Origin: Podarcis filfolensis | Lineage: Eukaryota | Direction: 5' to 3' (one strand) | NCBI GenBank assembly: GCA_964270895.1 | Contig: OZ185436.1 | DNA: 64,000 nucleotides | In this document: positions 13,849 through 26,556 of the stretch, in pieces | Layout of the letters: every line of letters begins with the position of its first letter | Position numbering within the stretch: the first letter of the stretch is position 1 | Made by a program: the position numbers and the translations under genes | Notes under the pieces: generated by a model | What the model saw: only the letters and a program-made list of their open reading frames with translations | The model's database searches: none | Told to the model about the DNA's origin: nothing

Positions 13849-14953
13849 GCTGCACTTGAATATCCATATGGGAAATGCACAAACCGTTTTGTGGAGAAAG
13901 ACCTTCCAGCTCAAACACCTATAAACTGATACCATGATCACTACCTGGAGCTGATGAGAGGGCTCTAGGTTGGGGAAGTATATGTGTCAACCAGTGATTT
14001 GGAGTGCTAGCTTCCCCAAATTTGGTAAAAAAGGTTTCTAATTGCCCAGGTCAGATTATTTGGTAGATCTTCAACAGCACAACAGCATGCTTTTTTTGCC
14101 TCCTTTCCCAACTCTTTTTCCCCCTGTTAGAGATCTAGGATTATAAACCACAAGTATGTAGCAACACTGTAAAATTATCTGAATTCAGTACAGTGCACAA
14201 TCTCTGTCTTCAGTTCTAACAGTGAAAGAAAATACTGTGTTCTCTTCCTTGTAGGAGCTTAATCACTCTACCAGTATGTGCTGTAAACCAATCCCACATT
14301 ATGTGAGTAAAATCAAAGAGCTTAAATAATACTGATAACTAAAGAACTCAAGATATTATGTTGGTGCCTGATTTACTGTCAATAAAGCAAACATATTTTC
14401 AAGAAGCAACAAAACATCTCTTTGTATGTTGGAAGGCCACTAGCCTAAGGAGTAAATATATTTTTCTTATTCATATTCACTTCTCCATGCACCAGGAGAA
14501 GGGCTAGCCACATGCATTGGTAGAGGACAGGCTTCACATGCAGGTCTAATCCCCAGCATTGCCAGGTCAGGCTGGAGAAAACCACTGTGAAGAAACGCTG
14601 GAAAGCTTCTGACACTCCATGCTGTTCTCGGCAGGCTAATGATCTGACTTGGTGTTAGACAGCTCTTCATTTCCCCATGTTCAGCGCCGTTTAACACCTG
14701 ATTCTCTTTGAGAATTTCTGCAATTAATTTCAGAATGAGGCATATACAGTTCCTTCCATTTCGTGTTACTTTTTTCACCTTTGCAAGTAAACCACACCCA
14801 TGAGTAATTCTGGCCAGAAAAGCAAGACCAGTTTCATAGTTCCATTCAACTCCAAGTAAGGACAATCTTCATCCAAATGCTTGTCAAAATAGACTGACTG
14901 AAAAAAAGCTGTTTATGCAGCTCCAATAACAGAAGACCATTCAGTATACTTTG

Positions 14954-14955
<2 letters not shown>

Positions 14956-15004
<49 letters not shown>
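14956..15004. repeat. (TA)n microsatellite
   Basis: About 24 units with one interruption. Confidence 0.95.
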
Positions 15005-15718
15005 CACACTCTGAAAAGAAATAGACATAGGGCATGAGGAATGGATGGTACAGTGTGTGTGTGAAAGATAACATTTCTGAGCATTTTTTTTAACCTTTTA
15101 TTTATTCCCTTTTATTTAAAGGAAAAATGTTCCCTACTTTCACCTTTCACAAACTTTTCACACATCTCTTCATCATGAAAAGGTGGAAGCCAGGTTTGTC
15201 TTTTTCTGGCATGATGTTTCTAATTGATCTGTTTATCCATGTGTCCCTCAGCAGGGAATTCGCACAGCCCATATACAAGCTACAATTTAACTGGTGTGTT
15301 TTCCATAGAATAAAAATAAATGGTGTGTTATTGTACATAATTGTCCCCTGTGTATGGTTTACCTGCAAGGAAAAAAGATAGCACAAATGAGTAGCAGCAG
15401 CAGCAGGAAGCCATATTAAGACCGTACTGAGCATGTGCAGCAGTCTTTACAAAATTCTGAAATCCAAATTGAATGAATGACAAGAAACTAACCCATTGGT
15501 GCTGCTCTTCAACCAGAACCAGGTATTCAAAACGCCCCCAAAAGTGGAGTAATATGTTTGAGGGAAGGGCACTTCAAACATTTCTTCACAACATTCTGGC
15601 CATTAGTGACAAACAGTCTTAGTTACTTGGATGTTACCCATATTATCCTCAACTGCAAACTGATGGTGCTATAGTAGATTGGTCCTTATTGGAACCTCCT
15701 AAACTAGGTTTCTAGTGG

Positions 15719-16142
15719 TAATTATAATTATAATTATAATTATAATTATAATACCCCGCCCATCTGACTGGGTTGCCCCAGCCACTCTGGGCAGCTCCCA
15801 ACAAAACATAGTGAGACATCAAACATTAAAAGGTGCTGCCTTCAGACATCTTCTAAAAGTCAGGTAGTTATTTATCTCCTTGATGTCTGATGGGGTAGCA
15901 TTCCACAGGGCGGGTGCCACTACCGAGAAGGCCCTCTGCCTGGTTCCCTGTAGCCTCACTTCTCGCAGTGAGGGAACCACCAGAAGGCCCTCAGCACTGG
16001 ACCTCAGTGTCCGGGCAGAACGATGGAGGTGGAGATGCTCCTTTAGGTATACTAGGCCGAGGCTGTTTAGGCTTTAAAGGTCAGCACCAACACTTTGAAT
16101 TGTGCTCAGAAAAGTACTGGGAGCCAATAAAGATCCTTTAGG
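15719..16142 (-). mobile_element. L2 LINE 3' fragment (5'-truncated) with (ATAATT)n tail
   Basis: Minus-strand translation LKDLYWLPVLF*AQFKVLVLTFKA...RTLRSSAEGLLVVPSLREVRLQGTRQRAFSVVAPALWNA carries the L2 ORF2 C-terminal LHWLP motif. Simple-repeat tail at 15719-15752. Confidence 0.85.
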
Positions 16143-17148
16143 GCCGGTGGTAGAGAAATTTGCTGAGCTCTGTACTGAAGTGATAATTGTATTTAGAAAT
16201 TGTACTCAAATATGTGCCTCTTTTCTTCTATATGAGAAGCCCACTATCCTATCTAAACTGGATAATCAAAGAAGACAATGTACTACTGCTGGTTGCCAGG
16301 AGGGAGAGAGGGAGGACCAAAGTAGCAGGCAGCTTGGGATGGTGTGGGTACAGCAGTGGGATACAGTATCAAGTGATCTTGACACCGCACCTACACCGTG
16401 CCGAGCTCTCTGCTGCCTTGCTCCCCCTTCTCTCAGTAACTGGCAGCAGTGCATAGCTTTGGGAAGCAAGGTCAGCAACACAGGCCTGCTCATTGCTACT
16501 GACAGAGGGCATGTTAAATGTACTTTGTATTAACACCATCTCAGTGGAAATTCAGTTTTTCATTTCTACCTGATTTATTGTGGGGCAGGGTGGTGGGTTT
16601 TGTTGTTGTCTTGTCTTACTGGCATTCCATTTGGAGTGGAAGAGGCAGCACTAGCACTTCTTCCTTGCCATCCTTTTAACAGCATGCTCACTTGGCTTTC
16701 CAGCATGCTCATTTACTCCTAAATGTAAACAGGGTATCATTTTTCACGATGCACACACATAGCACCAGAACAAACTGAAATAAAAGTTGTGGGCATTAGT
16801 AGTTTGGAAATGTTGTTAGTTGTTTGGAAATATGAAAACGTAAGCAGCTGTGTGCAGTGACGTGGCCTCTGTAGTTTGGAATGCTGTTACTGAATGAGGC
16901 AAAGAGCCAAGTTTGCCAGCCAGGTAATGACAAACCAGGTGTAATGGGGAGGCGTAGCTGTGTGCACACATGTGTTTGCATGTGGATAAACAAGCCTCCA
17001 GTCTTGGAGCAATTTTCCGGAGTTCCCAACATTTCCATTTTGTAGTTTCCTCTGATGCTACGAAAATTTCCCAAGCACCTTAAGTGTGTGTATCTGTCTG
17101 TGTTGTGGTTTCCTGTGTCTTGATGAGTTATCCGGTTCTGTCTTGCAG

Positions 17149-17259
17149 CCCTCAGAATCCAAGTCCAACGTCACCCCTTTCACCGTCCTGGCCTATGTTC
17201 TCCGCACCATCCAGCCCTATGCCCACCTCCTCTACGTCCAGCGACTCATCCCCCATCAG
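17149..17259 (+). CDS. ARHGAP26: Rho GTPase-activating protein 26 (GRAF1), 111-bp Ser/Pro-rich exon (phase 2-2)
   Basis: Acceptor tcttgcag and donor AG|gtctgt. Encodes PQNPSPTSPLSPSWPMFSAPSSPMPTSSTSSDSSPI, nearly identical to human GRAF1 as I recall it, and splices in frame to 22750. Confidence 0.95.
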
Positions 17260-19634
17260 GTCTGTTGCAGGTTTGAGGGTTTTGTTTTGCTCAATTAAGT
17301 TGCCACTGCTGCTATCATATTTTACGTTTACAAGCTTCTTTTTCCTTGTGTTGCTTCCTCACTGTGGCCCAGCTTGTTTTAGTTACCAGAGTGTCACAAT
17401 CCCTCAGCTGCCGTCAGGCATCAGGAAAGGAAACTTTGAAACATTCCATGACTTCCAGAGGAGTGATTGGTTGAGTGATCTAAGCACTGTCTACCTTAGC
17501 TTTCTTCTTATCCCAGCTTTGGAGAATCCCCTTCAGTTGTGTTTGACTTTGTTTTATATTTGTCAAATTGCTGGACTTGCTTGATACTCACTAAAACCAT
17601 CTCTGCAGTAGGTAAGCTTTCATTTCCATTCCCCAAATATGTATAGTTTCAGATAAAAAATGCATTATATCTTTTTTAAGCCTGACATTTAACTACAGTC
17701 CAGTTTTCCTTTTTTCAGATTCAGTTGTGTCAGTGAGAATAGAGGGTTTTTGAGGCAGTGAGGTTGTGATGTTTATGAGAACTGGAACATTTAATATGGG
17801 TAAATATATACTGACCATTTACAGACATTCAAAAACTATTTGACCTCTTAAAATTCAGGCCCATTCAGCCAAAGAGATGGATATAGTTGCAAAAGACCAA
17901 TAGTATTACAGTCTTCATTGATTTCCAAGAGTGGTCCTATACATGTCTACTGAGTTCTGTGGGGCTTACTCCCAGGTAAGTAAGTACAGAATGGCATTGG
18001 TTCCCAGGACTTAGGCTATGTTTACTTGAGATGGTGTCCTCTTCTTATTTACAAGCTAACCTTACATTTCAACAACAGTTGGGTAGCCCATGCTAGAAAC
18101 ATTGTTTACTAACAATTTCCACTGGCTGCAGTTTTTCTAGCAGTTTTAATTCAGCAATAAAGTCAAGGAGGATTGTTCAAGTGTACAAAATGCACAGAAA
18201 AAGTATCCCACCCCCAATTTTTAAAAATTGTGCAAGACAGTCCAGAGGAAGGGAGTCCCAAGTTGAAAATGAACTTCCTTGGGCCCTGATCTGCTTTGGG
18301 GGAGAACTGCAGAAAATGCAAGAGCAGCCACAAGGACAAACTCAGCTAATGTATGGTCTCCATGATGGCCAGATGTGTGCCTTGATTAAGATGCCTGCAT
18401 CCATGCATTAGTTTACTCTGCACTGCTAGGAACATTTCCCCCTTTTTCAATTCAATACAAGCAACCACCACTTCTGGAGCTGCCTTACTGATTCTTACAT
18501 GAAAGATGAGATGAACCAGCAAATGAACACATGTGAAAGTGACATAGAGCAGAAGTGTACAAATCCATCCAACCTATATTGATTAGCTTCCACTCAACAA
18601 GTTGAGCCCAAAGCAGGAAGTGCTTCCTTTGATTCTTTGGGCTTGTTTGTATATTATATTCAAAATACATTTTGTTATATAGCTTTCCTACCTTACATTG
18701 ACAATAACTGGAGTTAAAACCCCTTTACTAAGTGGCATAGTGTAGGGTTTATGATCATGAAGTTACACTGGACAGAAAACAGTTTTCTTTACAAGTAACC
18801 ATGGCAGGATGCTCTGTGACAGCGATGGAAATCCACATACAATGTGTATTCACGTGTCTGCTACCTGTTTGAAAGTTGTTACAGTAGTTGCTTGTGATGC
18901 TGTAATGTGTGCCCAGGATTCATCCTGAAACCTGATTTCAGTATCTGTTCTTCTGAGAATGTGCAGGATGCAATTGACTACTAAGCAACCACAGATATCT
19001 CTTTGGATCAGGGACAGAACTTCTGGGCAGCCTTGGCGCCTGGTATTGGTCAAAGGAAATTCATTGCTGTATGTAACCTTGAAATGGCAACACCCATCCT
19101 TACTCTGGAACACAATATGATGAAGACCTCTGCATTCCTTCAGATGTTTGCTCAGCAGTGAAGTTAACATGATGTCTTAAAATTCTTCAGGGTTAACCTT
19201 GAGTAGGAGTTCTATGCAATCAGCTAATAACCTTGTTCTTTTTCTTTATCTCTCTCTCTCACTATCTCTCTCACTTGCTCACTTGCTTGCTTTTTACAGG
19301 GATGCACGGTAGACATTATAGTTTATTAACAGGGCACAGAAAAGACACATGCATTCTGGCCAGGGTATGGTAATTTTAACTGGAAGCCACTCACAAGCCT
19401 TATATCTGCAAATGTAAATACCCCTACAAGGTGGCTATGTCACATTTTAGTTTTGATACAAGGCTGCATCTAGTGTAACATAATCAGAATTGCTGTCATT
19501 ATGAGTCTGGGGTGTTATGAGTCTGCACACAAGGGAATCTCTCACTCTTCCCATAAACTGTACAAGGTCACATGGGCAAAACTCGACTGAGTGCTTTTCT
19601 GGCCATGTGCCATGCTCAGAGGCAGAAATTAAAA

Positions 19635-19676
19635 AAGAAGAAGAAGAAGAAGAAGAAGAAGAAGAAGAAGAAGAAG
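19635..19676. repeat. (AAG)n microsatellite
   Basis: About 14 perfect units. Confidence 0.95.
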
Positions 19677-21534
19677 CCTGATCAGAAAGATCTAGGGCTC
19701 ATTAATGCCCTTGGTAATCCAGGCTGGGCTATGAAGGGCACTGCAGCACGAAAGGGAGGGCATTGCAGCACCATACACTGAGATAACAGCAAAGGAAAGA
19801 AACCAGGGGGGGGGAATGGACCAGGCAGTGGCAGTTTATTGTTCAAAGCTGTTCTTGTAACTTGTATTAATTACCAATTAATGCACTGTCTTCCCCTGTG
19901 GACCCCCGCCCTGCCGGCTTTGCTTCCCATCTCCCTAAACTGTGTTTAATGTCTCTGTGGAGTTCCCCTTCTCATTTGTTTTCGTTCCTGCGGGTGTTCT
20001 ACAAATCCAGGCAAACCACTTGACCCAACATGTTGGTTTCATGGAGCACATAAGCCATAATTGGTCATAGTGACTTAAGTAAAATGTTGTATTCTGAACA
20101 TTTTTGGGGAGGGACCCTCCATGGAAGACTCTTGAATGCAAGGTTCGTATTAATTAATTTCCACACACAAACATATTGCAATGGAAATGCTTTCAGGTGT
20201 TATGTTTTCCCATTATTCGTTGAATCCATCTGAATGCAAAATATTGCTTTTGATTATCATATTCCTGTTAATGTGGTCTTCAAACAGGAATCCTAAATTG
20301 AATGTTCTGTGTAAGACTTTTGTTGTTGCCGAGGTGTGGTGGGTAAGATTCCATTAGAGAATTTGTGGGTTGAGGAAAAAATTCTAAATAAGTGTGTCTT
20401 GTTCCTGGTCTCAAAGCTTTGAACAGGAAACAAGGGGGAAGCCTGCAATTGTCACAATCTCTTTACGTAACTAGATGTTTTTCTTGGAAATGTTTTTAGT
20501 AAAGTGCCTCCTTCTGAAATTGCCTCCTTGTGAATTTTATACCCAGTTTTGAGGCACTGAATGATTTGGTCCTAGTCATTAAGTAGTGCTGGGTGGGTTA
20601 GTCTTCCATTCATTAGGTTTGGATTTACAGACTTTGTAACAATCACTGGACATGTTCAGTATGTAGCTTTCTGTTCCTAACATTCATTCAGACTAATATA
20701 TTTTTACTCTGCTGTTATGCCATGTGCTTGAGTGATTGTGTGCATTAAAACATCAGTTTTTATATCTAATCAATGGGAAACTGCAGCAGTTGAATTTAAG
20801 GCTCTTAACCATCTTGATAATGTTTACAAAGATAAAGTATCACTAATTAGTGCCAGAAAAAGACTAGGGTTTTTTCATAGTTTAATCTCAATTTAGACAA
20901 GAACCAAACAAGATGTGTTGTTAACATACACTTCTTTTTTTAAGCATCCACTAGTGGTGATAATTATTGTGATCACAGCAGGGAAAGAGGGAGAATTTAA
21001 CCATATTCTCAGATGACAATCTCGCCTGAAATATATTATTTGCATTAGGAGGAGATCCCCCATTGACCTTCCTTCTAGTTGAAACACTTGATAGATTATT
21101 AGATGGAGGTTCTGCTTAACTAGAGTTAATATGCAATAATTGTTGGCTGCTTTAACAAACTTCCGTTGTAGATCTCCTGATCTGGATTGGAATGAAACTT
21201 GTCTGCCATTTTCTAACATTAATTATCCTGCTGTCCAGGTGATCTGTTTTTCCCTTTATGCATTTGTCAGCAAAGGATGTTCAAAGACTGTAAAGGCGCT
21301 CAAATTTAACAACTGTGCTTTTTGCTAATGGGGGAAAAATGCTGTGTTAACGCATTCAGTCAGGCTTATGGCTAATCTGCAAGGAGGAAAAAAATAAATA
21401 TCAGAAACCAATGGAAGGAATTGTGTGTATCCAAATTCCAGAACAAAAGGTTTTTCAGTGGAAAATGGGGGGGGGGGAGAGAGTAAAGTATGGGACATTT
21501 CTCAATCCAAGAAAAACTAATAAAATCAATCCAC

Positions 21535-21790
21535 AATAATAATAATAATAATAATAATGCCTCTGAGCTCTCTGGTGGGTTACATTACTTGCTGTTTAGC
21601 AGTCCAATTGTCCTTTAAAATGCAGATTAATCATACTGGTGAATGCCCTCTAAGCAAAAGGGCATTTAATGCTTTGCGTTTTAAGGTCTCTAAAATGACT
21701 GAGAAAACAGGGCTTAGAAGCCTCTTCTTGAAAGGTGTCACCTTCTGCTAGCTCCCAGTTACAGTTAGGAAGCTGCCATAGCTCTACCAA
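21535..21790 (-). mobile_element. (AAT)n tract plus decayed L2-like 3' region
   Basis: (AAT)8 at 21535-21558 is followed by sequence loosely resembling the L2 3' region. The L2 part is heavily decayed. Confidence 0.4.
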
Positions 21791-22749
21791 CCAGAGTGCC
21801 TCATCTAGGCGCCATCACTTTCACTCAAGCTTTTTTGACTGGGTGAAATCCAAGAACTGTCACAGCAGCAACAGTTGACTGCTGCCGGGCCAGGAGCTTT
21901 GTTGGGGAAAATGTGTCTCATTTTTCCACTCTTCCCCTGAGGGAAAGAGATCACTCATGGGGCAGCATGTCCAGGGCTTAAACTAGCAGCTGCCACTCCA
22001 GATTGATGATGCTTTATTTCTCAAGCCTCTGTAACATGTGAGTAGGCAGGACTGTGGTTTGTGGCATGGAGGTTCCACTGCAGGTAAATCACTATAGGAA
22101 AGGCTTCCTCGGGGTTGGAAATTTGCATTGTACTGTTCAAGCAGATGGAGTCTTGGAACTGAGCTAGAGAGAAAAATTACCAACAAATCCTCAGTTCAAA
22201 TGATTTACAATGCCAGGGAAAGATTGCTAGCAGAGTTTGGTTACGTCAGCCTCAACCAGGAGCCAGGCCTCTGGATTATGTTTCTTATCAGAAACTCTCT
22301 CCCTCACAAAGTTTTTCCAGCTGACTCTTTAGAGTTGATTCCTTTTCTCTGCCTCTAATTCTTTTTTTTTTTTAATTGCCCATCACTCCCTGACATAGTA
22401 TTGCTCATTCCATTGGGCAACCATGGGCTTCCCTTGGTCACAAATGCAGCAGTTAATGTTGAAAATCCAAAATAACGAAACTTGGTTTTGGAGAAGAAAT
22501 GTTACCCCACTCTCTCTCTCTCATCCTCTAAATATGCTTGGTGTTATCTTGAATATTATTCCTTTTATCTTTCCCTTGACCTGTGTTTCATCTTTTCCTC
22601 CACATTTTGCCATCTGGCAGTTTTGATCCATGTTTCAAGGATTTTTCAGGAGAAAATACTTTAGAAATACTCAAGTCTGCATACACACACGAAAAGAAAA
22701 CATGTGCAAACCTTCCTGCGTGCTGATTCTTTTGTTATTATTTTTGCAG

Positions 22750-22841
22750 TTCTCCATTCCGCAGAGCCAGAGCACTCTATGCTTGCAAAGCAGAGCACGA
22801 CTCAGAACTCTCCTTCACTGCAGGCACCATATTTGATAATG
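22750..22841 (+). CDS. ARHGAP26: ARHGAP26 penultimate exon, SH3 domain N-half
   Basis: Acceptor tttttgcag and donor G|gtgagt. Encodes (S)SPFRRARALYACKAEHDSELSFTAGTIFDN, with the SH3 ALYAC motif. Phases 2 and 1 are consistent with neighbouring exons. Confidence 0.97.
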
Positions 22842-24384
22842 GTGAGTATCCATGTGTGGCCAGTCCTACATAACACAAAGAAGAGTGAATGGTGATTTCT
22901 CAAGAGAGAAGGCTTGTGTTTCCCACTGAGTAATCTTAAGACTTCATCCTGTTACAAATGGTGATACAGACTACATCTTTCTGCCCATCTGATGTTTACT
23001 AATTGGGAACATATGGGCTAAAAATTATATGTTGCACACCAGTTTGTGCATCTTTGGGGTTGCAAGGGTAAATACTCAGTTGAACCCAAGGAGGAGAGAG
23101 AGCTGCTGGCATAGGGCAATTATGGTGGGAAAATGGGGAATAATGAGCAGGGGAAAACATGGCTAATTTTGTGGATGTTGAAATTTGTAAAGCTCTAGTC
23201 AACCACATAAATATTTGGCTGTATTTCTAACTGCAGGTTGTCAGTTCAGTTAATACTGAAGAGATTTCAGTTGGATTGATAATAATATACCAGAGATACC
23301 AGCCCAGTTCATTCAACATGGGTAGGTTAGCAGTGTCATCTTTTTCCATACCTGCTAATGGGTCAGTTGGTCAGGAGTAAAAGACTTACTGAAAATCACC
23401 AAATGGCTGGTGGACAAACCAGGTGTAGCTGTGGGTTTGAGGACAGAGACTCTTAACAGGTTTAAGTGAGGAAGAGTGCCAAGTTTAGGAGCTGGGAGAG
23501 AAGAAGTGGCCATAATTTACCATTTTTGCAAAAACAAAAGATACTGAAGAAGAGAATGAATCTATTTATAAGACTGCAAGCTTCAGATAGAATTCTTGGA
23601 ACTCTCTGCTGATTAGTAGCCTGCTCTCCCCTGGCTCTTAGGCATACAGAAAAGCAGAACAAATAGAGAAAGGCTGTTTATATTGAACAAACAGTGGTTG
23701 CTAGATAAAAATCAGCTGGGCCACACTGAGAGACAACTTGCATAATATTCACTAGATTCAAATAAGTTGTTGTGTGCACGGAATGAGGTCCACTCAGCGC
23801 AATGGGACCCCCCCCCCCGCCCCCTGCCTCCTAAATATGCTGTGGAAGGTTGGGGGGGACGGACCCAGAACAGGTTGGGGGAAAAGAGGAGAAGTGAGTC
23901 TTGTTGTGCAAATGGATCTCATTCCATGCCTAGTTACCTCACTTAGGACTATGTTGCAGTCGACCTACTGAATGTGGCAAAATGCATTTTATAATTGCTG
24001 CATTAAGAGAAAACACTTTTAAAATAGTTTTTAACAAGCCAAATATCATGTCAAATGAAGCACATTTTTTTATTTGCCATACTTTTTCAACTTGGAGCTG
24101 TAATCTTGCGTGAGAGTTAGCAAGTCAAACTAGCTATGTTAGTCTGCTTCTCATTAGTCAAACTGAGCGTATGTAGCAAAAGAGAGAGCCCCACCTCTTC
24201 TGCATACCCTGAACCTCTGCTATCTTTGACAAGACACAGCATAAGCTCTATGAGAATCCCGTCTCTGGCCAGGAGAAAAGCAGCCAATTTTTCACATTCA
24301 GTGGTAACAGTGGTTCGTTATTTCATGCTCTTTGTTTCATTTGCTCAAATCACCATGCATAGGAGTACCTTTCCCTCCCTAGGT

Positions 24385-24386
<2 letters not shown>

Positions 24387-24432
<46 letters not shown>
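24387..24432. repeat. (AAT)n microsatellite
   Basis: About 15 perfect units. Confidence 0.95.
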
Positions 24433-25421
24433 GCTACATTGGCATGTAGAATGACAATTTGCCAACTACAGAGTTGATTAACTTAGATCTCTAATTTCTG
24501 TAAAAGTTTTTAACCCTATCACACCAATGAAGTATTTGTAAACCTCCTTATGTTTTTAATGCAGTGAAAGGTGCAACAGAATTTCCTTCCATTCTTTCAG
24601 TTCAGTTTTATTTATTTATTTAAGCCTGCCATATGATCACAGCAAAGATGGGCAAACTATCCAGTGTTGCTTCCTACATTTAAATAACTCAGTAGGGGGT
24701 TGTATACTTTATACTGTATGGCGGCTTATAAATGTAAGCATTGAGGGCCTTTCCACACTTACCATTTATAGATGATGGGTCCGTCATCGCCCCCCCCCCC
24801 CCATTTTTGGCATGCTGACAAACAAAAAGGTCATTTTTCAGCTAGTATAATGTACCAAACAAATGTTGTTGGTTTTTTTCCGTTTGTGTGGCATCCCAGT
24901 TTCTGAGTAAGACGGGTTGGAGGTAGTTTGAGAGACATCGGGATCATGCCACAGCCCCTCCAACGAATGCGAACTTCCAGTTTGCGAGCTGATTTCCGGG
25001 GAAAGATATGGCAGATAGAGATGATGGTACTGTCCATGGCAGCAACCATTAGCTGCAGGGGGGAAAATCATCATAATTGTAAGGTTTGCCATAGCTCAGG
25101 CAAACACGTAGTTCTTCTTCTAATCTTCTCTACTCCAACAAGAGTAGAATCCCAGAATACTGGGTATTAAATCCCCCCCTCAAAAAAAGCCATGAAAGGT
25201 CTGTCTCCATATGCATACTCATAACGCCAACATTTACTGACTGGAGGAACATGAGGGTAAGTAGGTGGTGTGACTACTATAGCCACAGAACTTTTCTCAA
25301 TTCAGGCACAAGCAACCATTACTGTAGAAAGGAAGCAGGACTTCACTGCACTAGCAGATGGTCACAACAGGATATCACACAATATAATTTCACAGCCACT
25401 TGTTTCGATACCATAGACCAA

Positions 25422-25568
25422 GTGTAGCTCAATCAACAGAGCAAAAAACTCTAAATCTCAGGGTCATAGGTTTGAGCCCTACATTGTTCAGAAGATTTCT
25501 GCATTGCAGGGGGGTTGATGAGATTACCCTCATGCTCCCTTCCAACTCTACAACGATGATTCTATGAT
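25422..25568 (+). mobile_element. tRNA(Lys)-like-headed SINE with CR1-type tail
   Basis: gtagctcaatc...actctaaatctcagggtcataggtttgagccc...tgcattgcaggggggttg...cccttccaactctacaacgatgattctatga. Same family as 37940-38088. Confidence 0.7.
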
Positions 25569-26556
25569 GCACCAGTTTTTCTTTGCCATAAGCTCCTGAA
25601 TGAGCATTAATTCTTGGATCCCTGAAATACTGCCTCTTTTGGAGGATTCGGCCAGAACAGTATAAAGCATTGGCAACAAGTTCCTCCTTCCCTTTAAATC
25701 ATTTACACGATCTCTCTAAATGTTTCTCTGCCTTCCTTGGTTTAACTGCAAAATTTCATTCACCCCTCTTACCATCTTCCTTAGAAGCTGAAGTTTTCTG
25801 CCTGTGGTGGGGGACATTAAAGCTAAATACTGTTTAAACCCCCCCCAAAAAAACCCTTACATGTCGAGAATACTAACAAGGATTATACAGATGACCTTCT
25901 CCTATACAGTATCCTGTTCTGATCTAAATATAATAATGGAACAATGTGGAAATCAATTGAAAGGATAATAAAAAACCAATTGCATTAATCATTTTAATAC
26001 AAACATGTAAATTTGACTAAGGCTGTAAGAAGAGACTGTCTGGAGAGAAAAACTGTAGAATGCAGAATTCGCCTACAAATATAAAATACACGCAAAAATG
26101 AGGTAAATCACATATATTCCATGGGGTACAAATGAAATGAGAAATGTAACAAAAGATGGAGAATCAAGTAGTTGCTCAAGAATTGTCTTTAACAAAATAA
26201 AAAGAAGAGGGACAGGGCAGTTCAATAAGGACTATGCAGATATCACATGGGAGGAGAAAATATTAGCAGTTATGGCAATGCAATGAAAGATGCCTTTTTT
26301 CCTTAGGTAACATTCACCTGTATTAGTGCCCAGGGCTTGAAAGTTAACCCTGGGCCTGAAATATATTCAGATTGATTGATTTAGGATGCAGTTTATCCAG
26401 GAATAATCCCATTGACCTGAATTGGGATTTACTTCTCTGTAGACATGCATAGGATTGTGCAGCTAATACCAGTATATACAGTTTTCCTGTTGACACCCCT
26501 AGAAATTTAGCCATGTGTATAAGACAGATCCAGCACAAATGAGCCCACATCATTTA

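Noticed and set aside
14255-14273. Possible 19-nt ARHGAP26 microexon (ttccttgtag|GAGCTTAATCACTCTACCA|gtatgt)
   Set aside because: The length is not a multiple of 3, so it would frameshift the downstream exons. There is no protein similarity.
1-17148. Upstream ARHGAP26 exons (GAP domain end, …KPTRPNSL exon)
   Set aside because: No matching peptide with splice sites was recognised. This stretch appears to be one long intron, with the preceding exon outside the window.
19572-19781. Poly-Lys ORF
   Set aside because: It is a translation of the (AAG)n microsatellite.
24136-24477. 113-aa ORF with poly-Ile, TM-like
   Set aside because: The hydrophobic run is the (AAT)n microsatellite.
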